From Deltaproteobacteria bacterium (lineage in GTDB: Bacteria; Desulfobacterota; Binatia; UBA12015), in contig VGTG01000010.1 in the NCBI GenBank assembly GCA_016874795.1, positions 9,740 to 73,739 of the forward strand: a stretch of DNA of 64,000 bases. The letters run 5' to 3'. The notes below the pieces were generated by a model, which ran no database searches, had not been told where the DNA came from, and was given only the letters and a program-made list of their open reading frames with translations. Below, piece after piece: positions 16,874 to 25,203 of this stretch; positions within the stretch are counted from its first letter, which is position 1; each line of letters starts with the position of its first letter. A program made the position numbers and the translations under genes.

Positions 16874-18084
16874 GTTGCGATCTCCTGGATCGAAAAGCCG
16901 GCGCGGCCTTCTTCGGCCGGCCGGATCGCAGCCCACTCGGCGGCGACGCGCTCTTCGAGGGCGGGGTCGAGAAATCCCGCGCGGTCGATGTACTCCGGAT
17001 AGATCGCCAGGCGCTCGCGCAGGGCGTAGCCCGCTTGCTCGCAGTCGCGTGCGAGAGCCCCGATGTGCGGCCAGGGCGCTTCCGGATTGACGTAGTCCGG
17101 CGTCAAGGGCGAAATCCCGCCGAAGTCGTTGATGCCGCTGTCGAGGAGGTACGCGACCGCCTCGGGCGACGATAGGTTCGGGGGCACCTGGAGGTTCATC
17201 GCGGGGCCGAGCAGGAGCCGCGCGACGGCTACGGTGCGCGCGAGGTCGACCGCATCCGGCTCCTCGCACGTCGCCATCGGGATCTCGGGCTTCGCGCGGA
17301 AGTTCTGGACGATCACCTCCTGGATGTGACCGTGCCGGCGCTGCACCTCGCCGATCGCGAGGAGCGTGTCGACGCGCTCCTCCGCGGTCTCGCCGATGCC
17401 GATCAGAAGTCCCGTCGTGAACGGAATGCGCTGCCGGCCGGCGTCCTCGAGGACCTGCAGCCGGAGAGCCGGCTCCTTGTCGGGCGCGTAGTAGTGCGCC
17501 TGGCCCCTGCCGCGGAGCCGCTCGCTCGTCGTCTCGAGCATCAGCCCGAGGCTCACGTTGACGGGACGAAGCAGTGCCAGGTCCTCCGCGCTCATCAAGC
17601 CGGGATTCGAGTGCGGCAGCAAACCCTGCTCGAGCGCGAGCCGCGACGCCTCGGCGACGTACGCGATCGTGGAAGCGTGTCCCTGCGAGGCGAGCCAGCT
17701 CCGGTACCCGGGAGCCACCGCTTCCGGCTTGTCGCCGAGGCAGAGGAGCGCCTCCCGGCAGCCGAGACGGCGCGCACGCTCGGACCACGCCCGGATCTCG
17801 TCCGGCGTCATCGTCCAGGCGCCGTCCTCTCCCTCGTCGCGACGGAACGTGCAGTACGCACACCGGTCGCGACAGAGGTTCGTCACCGGCAGGAACGCCT
17901 TCCGCGAGTACGTGACGATGCGGCCCTTCGCGTCGTCACGGAGCCGGCGCGCGCGCTCGCGGAGCGCGGCGAGAGCCGGGCCTTCGGCCGAGAGCGCGGC
18001 GACGGCTTCGGCGCGATCGAGAGGCCGCCAGCTCTGCGCCCTCTCGACGGCGGAGCTCTCCACGTGGGGACCGGCGATGTCCAT
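16870..18084 (-). CDS. cofG: FO synthase subunit 1 (radical SAM)
   Basis: RKAFLPVTNLCRDRCAYCTFRRDEG ... GETAEERVDTL ... GINDFGGISPLTPDYVNPEAPWP. Confidence 0.88.
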   Translation of the reverse strand: MDIAGPHVESSAVERAQSWRPLDRAEAVAALSAEGPALAALRERARRLRDDAKGRIVTYSRKAFLPVTNLCRDRCAYCTFRRDEGEDGAWTMTPDEIRAWSERARRLGCREALLCLGDKPEAVAPGYRSWLASQGHASTIAYVAEASRLALEQGLLPHSNPGLMSAEDLALLRPVNVSLGLMLETTSERLRGRGQAHYYAPDKEPALRLQVLEDAGRQRIPFTTGLLIGIGETAEERVDTLLAIGEVQRRHGHIQEVIVQNFRAKPEIPMATCEEPDAVDLARTVAVARLLLGPAMNLQVPPNLSSPEAVAYLLDSGINDFGGISPLTPDYVNPEAPWPHIGALARDCEQAGYALRERLAIYPEYIDRAGFLDPALEERVAAEWAAIRPAEEGRAGFSIQEIAT

Positions 18085-18159
18085 GGGCCAACTCGCCGTG
18101 CGCGCTTCAGGGAGCCCGTCGGCGCTTCCTTCCGGGGATAGACGAGGGGCCCCGGAGGG

Positions 18160-18858
18160 TCAAGGCGAGGTGATCACCGTCGGTGCGCCGCGCGGCGCCG
18201 GTTGCGTGGCGACGCGGCGCACGATGCGGAGCGGTGGAAAGAGCTCGTCCTCGAAGAGCGTCTCGAGTCTCTCCGCCGTCGCGGCGTCGAGCCCGAGGCC
18301 CGTCAACGTGGACTCGAGGCGCGTTCGTGCGGTCAACGTCAGCCGCGCGAACGTGGTGCTTCCGGTGCGCACGTCGTCCTCGAGGAGGACGACGTCGCTC
18401 GGGTGTGCTCCGCGAACGAAGCGCTCGATCCGCGCGGCCCAGCCCTCGAGAGCGCGTCGCGCGATGTGCAACGGATGGAGCGAGCGTTCGACCACGCGCC
18501 AGAAGAGGTCCCCGTCGAGCTCGACGCTCGTCGGCTCCTCCCCGGTGCCGAGCTCCAGCTCCCAGACGAGCGGCTCCTCGACCCGGCTCCGGCGTCCGAC
18601 CGCGACGGCGGCGACGTCGTCGCTGCGGACCTGCAGACGCCGCGTCGCGAGCGGATCGTGCCAGGTGGTCGACGCGGTGCCCTCCCCGGTCGGCACGAAC
18701 GTCCGGACGCGGCAGTCGCGATGCGCCGCGCGGAAGGACGCGGCCGTGGTGCCTTCTTCCGAAGCGAGGAACGGAGCGACGCGACGGGTCTCGCTGCAGT
18801 CCTCGCAATGGACGAAGTGCACGCTTCGGCTCCGCGGCTCAGGGCTCGGCGGGCGCAT
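18160..18858 (-). CDS. hypothetical protein with N-terminal zinc-ribbon-like CxxC..HxxC (VHFVHCEDCSETRRV...RAAHRDC)
   Basis: 232-aa in-frame subset of track ORF 18160..18945; balanced composition and high GC3; lies between the hybrid kinase gene and cofG; its start overlaps the kinase 3' end by about 20 nt. Confidence 0.55.
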   Translation of the reverse strand: MRPPSPEPRSRSVHFVHCEDCSETRRVAPFLASEEGTTAASFRAAHRDCRVRTFVPTGEGTASTTWHDPLATRRLQVRSDDVAAVAVGRRSRVEEPLVWELELGTGEEPTSVELDGDLFWRVVERSLHPLHIARRALEGWAARIERFVRGAHPSDVVLLEDDVRTGSTTFARLTLTARTRLESTLTGLGLDAATAERLETLFEDELFPPLRIVRRVATQPAPRGAPTVITSP

Positions 18859-19930
18859 CCGCCGCTCCCGACGTCTGGGCCTCGGCGGGGGCGCTCTCGG
18901 CGCGGCTCGGGACGAGGATGTGGACGCGGAGGACGGCCTGTCCATCCGTCTCGGTGACGATGCGGGCGTCGAGGCTCGCCGCGGCCCGCTCGATCACCTC
19001 CTGCGCGAGCGGATCGCCGAGCTCGAGGTTCTCGAGCGAGACGTGTGCGGCCGAATCGCGCAGGGGCGAGCGCCCCGGATCGACGAAGATCGAGAGCCCG
19101 TCGATGGTCCGCTCCGCGAGCACGCGGATCGAGCCGCCGGAGGGCTGATCCGAGGCCGCGTAGGTCAGCGCGCTGACGAGGCGCGCGAGCGTCTCCGGAT
19201 GGGTGTGGCCGATCAGCGAGGTGTCGCACTGGATGTCGACGGTGACACCGTTTCGATCCGCGTCGAGACAGATCGGCTGCAGGACGCGCTCGAGCCATGG
19301 GCGCACGACGAACTCGCGGGGCGTCGCCGGCGCGTCGCCCGAGTCCATCTCCGCGAGAAAGAAGAGTCCTTCGAGGTAGGACAGGAGCCGCTCGGAGTTG
19401 AGTCGGATACGCGCCACGGCGCGCCGCTGATCCTGACTCAGGACGGCGTCGGCCTCCTCGTGGAGGATCTCGCTGTAACCGACGATCGCGTGCAGCGGCG
19501 TGCGGAACTCGTGCGAGAGGTTCCCGAGGAGATGCTCGCGCATCTCCGTCGCGCGGCGCCGGGCCGATTGCACGGCGAGCGCCGAGCGCACCGCCGTGCG
19601 CACGTCCTCCGATCGGTAGGGCTTCGCAATGTAGTCTCGCGCACCGAGACGGAGGCACTCGACGGCAGTGTCGAGCGCGCCCTGGCCCGTGATCACGATC
19701 GCCTCGACATCGATCTGGGACTCGCGGATGAGGCGGAGCGTGTCGGTCCCCGACAGGTCGTGCGGCATCGTCAGGTCGAGCAGCACGACGTCGTAGTGCT
19801 CGCGCCCGAGCAGCTCGAGCGCGTGCGTGCCGCGCTCCGTCGCGGTCACCTCGTAGTGGGAGTTGAGGATGATCTTGAGGGACTCGCGCGGCCCCTCTTC
19901 GTCGTCCACGACCAGGATCCGTTCGCGCAT
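18839..19930 (-). CDS. hybrid response-regulator receiver / histidine kinase (REC-HisKA-HATPase)
   Basis: MRERILVVDDEEGPRESLKIIL...DVVLLDLTMP (REC); H-box NLSHEFRTPLHAIVGYSEIL; C-terminal ATPase region. Confidence 0.85.
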   Translation of the reverse strand: MRERILVVDDEEGPRESLKIILNSHYEVTATERGTHALELLGREHYDVVLLDLTMPHDLSGTDTLRLIRESQIDVEAIVITGQGALDTAVECLRLGARDYIAKPYRSEDVRTAVRSALAVQSARRRATEMREHLLGNLSHEFRTPLHAIVGYSEILHEEADAVLSQDQRRAVARIRLNSERLLSYLEGLFFLAEMDSGDAPATPREFVVRPWLERVLQPICLDADRNGVTVDIQCDTSLIGHTHPETLARLVSALTYAASDQPSGGSIRVLAERTIDGLSIFVDPGRSPLRDSAAHVSLENLELGDPLAQEVIERAAASLDARIVTETDGQAVLRVHILVPSRAESAPAEAQTSGAADAPAEP

Positions 19931-19946
19931 GGCTCGCGTGACCCAC

Positions 19947-19962
19947 AGCAGGGACTGTGCCA
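19947..19962 (-). promoter_or_regulatory. candidate sigma-54 promoter (TGGCAC-AGTCC-CTGCT on the minus strand)
   Basis: The -24 GG and -12 GC fall at consensus spacing, immediately upstream of the hybrid RR-HK ATG and downstream of the NtrC-family activator gene. Confidence 0.4.
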
Positions 19963-20128
19963 TCCCAGTGCGGCGGCGGGCGCCGCATCGGGCGCTGCGC
20001 GGATCGCAAGGATCGGCCCGGCGGACGCGGAAAACTGCGCTTTTCGAGGCCGGCCGCGGCAAGACCGTGGCGCGGCGTGAAGGCCCGACCGCACATTTTT
20101 GTGCGGGCCAGACGAACTTTGAACGGCT

Positions 20129-21562
20129 CTAGCGGTCGCGGATGCCGAGCTTGTCCATGCGGTACTTGAGGACCCGCCGCGTCGTCCCGAGCCGCTCTGC
20201 GGCCCGCGTCTGGTTGAAGTCGAGCTGCTCGAGAGCCTCCTCGATGATGTCGCGCTCGAAGTCGTCGACCGCCGTCGCGAGCGTCTTCTGACCGAGCAGG
20301 ACCTCGGCTCGGGCGTCTCGTCCTGCGGGAGGCGGCGCTTGGCGCATGCCGGAGGGCAGCTCCTCGGAACGGACCGCTCCGGGCACGGCGAGAACGAGGA
20401 GGCGCTCGACGAGGTTCTCGAGCTCGCGGACGTTTCCGGGCCAGCGGTACCGCAGCAGGAGATCGATCGTCTCCGGCGAGAACGCGCGCTCCTCGATGCC
20501 GAGCTCGGCCGCCTTCTGACGGGCGAAGTGCTTGATGAGGAGCGGCAGGTCCTCGCGCCGCTCGCGGAGCGGCGGGAGGTGCACGGAGACGACGTTCAGC
20601 CGGTAGTACAGGTCCGCGCGGAAGGTTCCGTCGCGGCTGCCTTCCTCGAGGTTCCGGTTCGAGGCCGCGACGATGCGTACGTCGACCGAGACCGGCCGCG
20701 TGCCGCCGACGCGGATGAACTCTCCGAGCTCGAGGACGCGCAGCAGCTTCGCCTGCACGCTCGGGTGCAGCTCCCCGACCTCGTCGAGGAAGATCGTGCT
20801 GCCGTTCGCGAGCTCGAACTGGCCGAGCTTCCGCGCGTCCGCGCCGGTGAACGATCCCCTTTCGTGCCCGAAGAGCTCGCTCTCGATCAGCGACTCCGGG
20901 ATCGCCGCGCAATTGATCGCGGTCATCGGCCGGCCGGCGCGCGGGCTCTGGTAGTGCAGGGCGCGCGCGATCAGCTCCTTCCCGGTGCCGCTCTCGCCCG
21001 TGATCAGGACCGTCGTCCGGAGCGGCGCGACGAGAGAGAGCGTGCGGAAGATGTCCTGCATCGCCGGCGCGTGCCCGACGATGTTGCCGAACTGGTAGCG
21101 GCGTCCGACCGCGGCGCGGAGCTCGTCGACCTCGCGCTGTAGCGCCGACGTCCGCGCGGCGTTCCCGAGGAGGATGCGGAGCTCGTCGAGGTCGAACGGC
21201 TTCTGGACGTAGTCGTACGCCCCGAGCTTGATCGCGGTCACGGCCGTCTTCACCGTGCGCGTCGCCGTGACCATGACGACGGGCGTGCTCGGGAGCTCGA
21301 GGCGGAGCCGCTCGAGCGTCGCGATCCCGTCCATCCCGGGCAGGACGATGTCGAGCAGCACCGCGTCGGGCCGGTCGGCGGCGGCGATGCGAACGGCATC
21401 CTCGCCCGTCTCCGCGAAGGAGAGGTCGAACTCGTCGCGCAGGATGATGCGCAACGACTCCCGGATGCCCGGCTCGTCGTCGACGACCAGGACGCGCGGC
21501 CGGCACTGCGGAGTCGCCCCGGTCGACGACTCGTCCACGGATTCCAGGCCCTGTGTGGACAT
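20129..21562 (-). CDS. sigma-54-dependent Fis-family response regulator (NtrC-like: REC-AAA+-HTH)
   Basis: VLVVDDEPGIRESL... VLITGESGTGKELIARALH ... GAFTGA-type loop ... ESELFGHERGSFTGA ... WPGNVRELENLVERL ... C-terminal Fis-type HTH. Confidence 0.92.
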   Translation of the reverse strand: MSTQGLESVDESSTGATPQCRPRVLVVDDEPGIRESLRIILRDEFDLSFAETGEDAVRIAAADRPDAVLLDIVLPGMDGIATLERLRLELPSTPVVMVTATRTVKTAVTAIKLGAYDYVQKPFDLDELRILLGNAARTSALQREVDELRAAVGRRYQFGNIVGHAPAMQDIFRTLSLVAPLRTTVLITGESGTGKELIARALHYQSPRAGRPMTAINCAAIPESLIESELFGHERGSFTGADARKLGQFELANGSTIFLDEVGELHPSVQAKLLRVLELGEFIRVGGTRPVSVDVRIVAASNRNLEEGSRDGTFRADLYYRLNVVSVHLPPLRERREDLPLLIKHFARQKAAELGIEERAFSPETIDLLLRYRWPGNVRELENLVERLLVLAVPGAVRSEELPSGMRQAPPPAGRDARAEVLLGQKTLATAVDDFERDIIEEALEQLDFNQTRAAERLGTTRRVLKYRMDKLGIRDR

Positions 21563-21612
21563 CGGCGTGACTGCTTCCCCTTCCTCTCCTCGAGGTGGGC
21601 GGCCTCGCGACG

Positions 21613-23022
21613 TCACACGGGGGAGAAGGAGAGCTCGATCGCGACCTCGTTGTCCTCGTGCGACGCCCGCAGAGCGCCGCCCATCCGCTTCAGCGCGCCT
21701 CTTACCAGCAACAGCGCGAGAGGAAAACTGCTGGAGGGATCACCGGTGACGCCGCGCAGGTGGGTCGCGGTCCCCGACTCCCGGAAGACGAGGGCGAGGC
21801 TCCAGAGGCGCGGCCGCCGCACGGCGAGGACGCTTCCCGGCTCGATGCACTCGGCGACGTGGCGGACGAGGCAGTCCATCGCGAACTCGAGACTTCGCGG
21901 GTCCGCCTGGACGCGGATCCCGGGGACGGGCAGGTCCTCGACGCGGACGGTCTTCGCGGCGAAGTCCGTCGCGTTCTCCCGCACGGCGGCGGCGAGGGCG
22001 GCCATGACGTCGACCGGCTCGAGTGGGTCGCCGCCGAGCCGCGAGAAGTCGAGGAGCCGATCGAGGTGTCCGTCGATCCGGTGGACGCTCTCGAGCGCGA
22101 TCTCCTGGAACTGTTCGAGGTCGGGCGCGCTCATGCGCGTCGAGCCCTGCACGAACGTCTTCACCGTGACGAGCGGGTTCTTGAGCTGGTGCGCGAGCTC
22201 GACGGCGAGAGCCTCGAGCGCACCCGTGCCGTCCTCGTCGGAGGCGCTCGGCGCGACCGGTGATGGCGCGTGCGAGGGTGCAGGGGAGGGCTCTTCGACG
22301 ACTTCGGCGGGCGCCTGCACGTGCACGCCTTCGGGCTCCCACACGAGGTCGGCGGCCTGGATCGTCCCGCTGCCGACCCGGAGGATCGTCCGGAGGAGAA
22401 CGGCGTCGAGCTCCGCGACGTCGCCCGGCCATCCGTGCGCCGCCAGCGAGGCGGCGGCGCCGGCGGAGAGGTCCGGCGTGCCTTCGCCGAGCGCCTTCGC
22501 GAGGACCGAGAGCCGTGCCGCCGCGAGGTCCGCGACCTCGCCTGGCCTTCGCGCGAGCGACGGCGCGTGCACCGTGACGGTCGACAGCAGAGCGAGGAGA
22601 TCGCCGCGCCACGTACGGCGCAAATCCGAGAGGGTCGCCTCGCTCGCACAGAGAAGCCGCGGCGACGCCTCGTCGAGGTAGGCCTCGAGCGCGCTCTGGC
22701 CGTGATCGTCGAGGTGCTCGATCCCGTCGAGCGCGAGCGTCAGCTCGCTCGCCGCGAGACCGCGCGGCAGCCCGAGCGCGAGACCCGCGCCGCGCCGTCG
22801 CAGGTCGACGCGCGCGAGGTGCTGCCGCTCGCTCGCCTGATGGACGCCCGCCGCGAGGCGCGCGAAGGCGGCGCCGCTGCATCCGAGGCAGAGAAGCGGC
22901 AGCGGCGTCCGCGCGACGCGCGCGAGGACTCGCGTCGTCTCGAGCGGAAGCGACCAGCCGTCGGGCTCGCCGATGGCTGAGCGACCTGCAGGTAGGAGGA
23001 GGTGATCCGTCGGCCGGGCCAT
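21613..23022 (-). CDS. cytoplasmic histidine kinase with N-terminal degenerate (Walker-A-less) sigma-54-activator-like domain fused to HisKA-HATPase
   Basis: WPGDVAELDAVLLRTIL resembles the bEBP WPGNVREL segment, but the Walker A site is replaced by CLGCSGAAFARLAAGVHQAS. H-box ELAHQLKNPLVTVKTF and a C-terminal ATPase domain follow. Confidence 0.75.
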   Translation of the reverse strand: MARPTDHLLLPAGRSAIGEPDGWSLPLETTRVLARVARTPLPLLCLGCSGAAFARLAAGVHQASERQHLARVDLRRRGAGLALGLPRGLAASELTLALDGIEHLDDHGQSALEAYLDEASPRLLCASEATLSDLRRTWRGDLLALLSTVTVHAPSLARRPGEVADLAAARLSVLAKALGEGTPDLSAGAAASLAAHGWPGDVAELDAVLLRTILRVGSGTIQAADLVWEPEGVHVQAPAEVVEEPSPAPSHAPSPVAPSASDEDGTGALEALAVELAHQLKNPLVTVKTFVQGSTRMSAPDLEQFQEIALESVHRIDGHLDRLLDFSRLGGDPLEPVDVMAALAAAVRENATDFAAKTVRVEDLPVPGIRVQADPRSLEFAMDCLVRHVAECIEPGSVLAVRRPRLWSLALVFRESGTATHLRGVTGDPSSSFPLALLLVRGALKRMGGALRASHEDNEVAIELSFSPV

Positions 23023-23046
23023 CGGGGGGTCGCCGGGCGTGCCCAG

Positions 23047-23391
23047 TCATTCCTTTCTTGCCTGCGGCCGCAGAGAGCGCGCAAGTCCGAATGTCGTCAG
23101 CAGGAAGCCGGCGACGGTCATCAGACGTCCACCGCTCGCGACGACGTGGTAGAAATCCATTCGAACGCGCGCGATCTCGACTTCTTCTTCGCTCGGACGA
23201 TCGCTCGTCTCGCCGTCGGGCGAAACGCCGCGCGCGGCGGCCTCCATGCGCTCCTGGTGCTCGGCCGTGCGGATGGTGCCCGTGATCCAGTTGCCGAGCC
23301 CGAGCGCGAGCAGGACCAGCCCCGTCATCAAGGGCGTGTTCTTGTACCACACCCGGGCTCGCACCCGGGGACGTGCGCCGCTCGTCGCCAT
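23047..23391 (-). CDS. small two-TM membrane protein, first gene of the signalling operon
   Basis: 114 aa with two hydrophobic helices (LMTGLVLLALGLGNWITGTI and LMTVAGFLLTTFGLA); ends 25 nt upstream of the kinase ATG. Confidence 0.55.
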   Translation of the reverse strand: MATSGARPRVRARVWYKNTPLMTGLVLLALGLGNWITGTIRTAEHQERMEAAARGVSPDGETSDRPSEEEVEIARVRMDFYHVVASGGRLMTVAGFLLTTFGLARSLRPQARKE

Positions 23392-23490
23392 GGCGAGCTC
23401 CCTGTCTCTCTCCGTAGCGCTTTGTTCCCGCGCGCGAAACGCATTGCTTCACGGTGCGCGCGCAGGCGCCGCGACGACGAGGTTTCGTGC

Positions 23491-23506
23491 TGGCGCCGTG
23501 GTTGCA
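23491..23506 (+). promoter_or_regulatory. candidate sigma-54 promoter TGGCGC-CGTGG-TTGCA
   Basis: Near-consensus -24/-12 elements about 195 nt upstream of the plus-strand NtrC-family regulator gene (23701). Confidence 0.45.
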
Positions 23507-23700
23507 GTCGAAGCGCTTCGAGGGGGTCGTCGGGGCGAGGCATGGTGCCCGCCTCGGTGGCCGGGGGACGTGGAGGGCCGGTCGCTCTGGCGGTCGGCCC
23601 TCCGCGTATCGTTGCCATCGTCCGCCGAAACTTTGTGTCCCGAGCCACCGACGAGCGGGCCCCGCCGTGGTAGTCGCGTGCGCGAACCGGGTGGATCGCG

Positions 23701-25116
23701 ATGCGAGCAGGGGAGGCGGGGAGAGGCTCGGAGGGAGTCGAGACGGGTAGGCCGACGATCCTCCTCGTCGAGGACGACGCGACGTTTCTCGAGGCCGCCG
23801 TCTCCGCCCTGGGCGCGGAGCTCGGGGACATCGTCCTCGAGCTCGCTCCTTCCCTCGCGGAGGCGCTCGCGCGCCTCGAGGTCACTCCCGTCGATGCCGT
23901 GATCCTCGATCGGACGCTGCCCGACGGCGACGGGCTCGAGGTCGTGCGCGTGCTGCGCCGGCGAGGCCTCGAGGTTCCCTTCCTCCTTCTCAGCGGCGAC
24001 GCGTCGGCTCGTGCGGCGGTCGAGGCGCTGCGCGCCGGGGCGCAGGAGTACCTCGTCAAGACGAGCGACGCGCTCGAGCGCGCGGCCGCGTGGCTCCGCT
24101 CCGTCGTCGAGATGGAGAGAGACGACGTGCGCACCGCGGCGGCGCCGCTCCTGATCGGGCGGAGCCCGGCGATGCGCGCGGTGCGCGATCAAGTGCGGCG
24201 CTTCGCGCAAAGCAGCGCTTGCGTCCGCATCGAAGGCGAGACGGGCGTCGGGAAGGAGCTCGTCGCGCGCTCGATCCATCAGAGCAGCGCGCGTCGCGCC
24301 GCGGGCTTCGTCGCGATCAACTGCGGGGCGCTGCCCGAAGGTCTCGCGGAGTCGGAGCTCTTCGGACACGTGCGCGGCGCGTTCACGGGAGCGCAGGGAG
24401 ATCGCATGGGGCTCGTCGAGCACGCGCGCGGCGGAACGCTGCTGCTCGACGAGGTCGAGGATCTCCCGCTGCCGATCCAGGGGAAGCTCCTGCGGTTCAT
24501 CCAGGAGGGCGAGTATCGGCCCGTCGGGACCCCGCGCGTGCAGAAGGCGAGCGTCCGGATCCTCGCGGCGAGCAACCGGGACCTCGGAGCGATGGTCGAG
24601 GAGGGAGCGTTCCGTCGCGATCTCTTCTATCGGCTCGACGTTCTGCGGATTCGCGTGCCGCCGCTGCGCGAGCGTCTCGTCGATCTCCCGCTGCTCCTCC
24701 GGCACGCCGCGCGACGGCGTTCCGGTTCGGAGGCCGAGAACGACGTCGGCTTTGCTCCGCCGCTCCCCGAGGAGATCGAGGAGTTGCGCCGCCATCCGTG
24801 GCCCGGGAACGTACGCGAGCTCGAGAACGTCGTCGAGCGTGCGCGAGTGACCGCTCACGGGTCGGGCTGGCGAGTCGGCTGGGCGACGGCGATCGGCGAG
24901 CTCGCGAGCGTGAGTGGCGAGCGAAGCGGAGCGATCGAGGATCTCGCTCGCGGGTCCGACGCTTCCGTGCCGGCGAGCGAGCTCGCGCTCGAGCGGCGCG
25001 CCCTCGAAACGGTGCTCGCGCGCCATCGCTGGAGGCGGGACGCCGCGGCTACGGATCTCGGCATCTCGCGCGTCACCTTGTGGCGGCGGATGCGGCGTCT
25101 CGGTATGTGCGATTGA
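23701..25116 (+). CDS. sigma-54-dependent response regulator (NtrC family)
   Basis: TILLVEDDATFLEA... RIEGETGVGKELVARSIH ... ESELFGHVRGAFTGA ... WPGNVRELENVVERA ... HTH. Confidence 0.9.
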   Translation: MRAGEAGRGSEGVETGRPTILLVEDDATFLEAAVSALGAELGDIVLELAPSLAEALARLEVTPVDAVILDRTLPDGDGLEVVRVLRRRGLEVPFLLLSGDASARAAVEALRAGAQEYLVKTSDALERAAAWLRSVVEMERDDVRTAAAPLLIGRSPAMRAVRDQVRRFAQSSACVRIEGETGVGKELVARSIHQSSARRAAGFVAINCGALPEGLAESELFGHVRGAFTGAQGDRMGLVEHARGGTLLLDEVEDLPLPIQGKLLRFIQEGEYRPVGTPRVQKASVRILAASNRDLGAMVEEGAFRRDLFYRLDVLRIRVPPLRERLVDLPLLLRHAARRRSGSEAENDVGFAPPLPEEIEELRRHPWPGNVRELENVVERARVTAHGSGWRVGWATAIGELASVSGERSGAIEDLARGSDASVPASELALERRALETVLARHRWRRDAAATDLGISRVTLWRRMRRLGMCD

Positions 25117-25203
25117 CGCCTGATCGCGCCGGTCGCGCCGGTCGCGCGCACGGCGCGCGCTCGCTGCCTTGCAGCGGCTCGGACCGGCGGGTATCGCAGC
25201 GAG

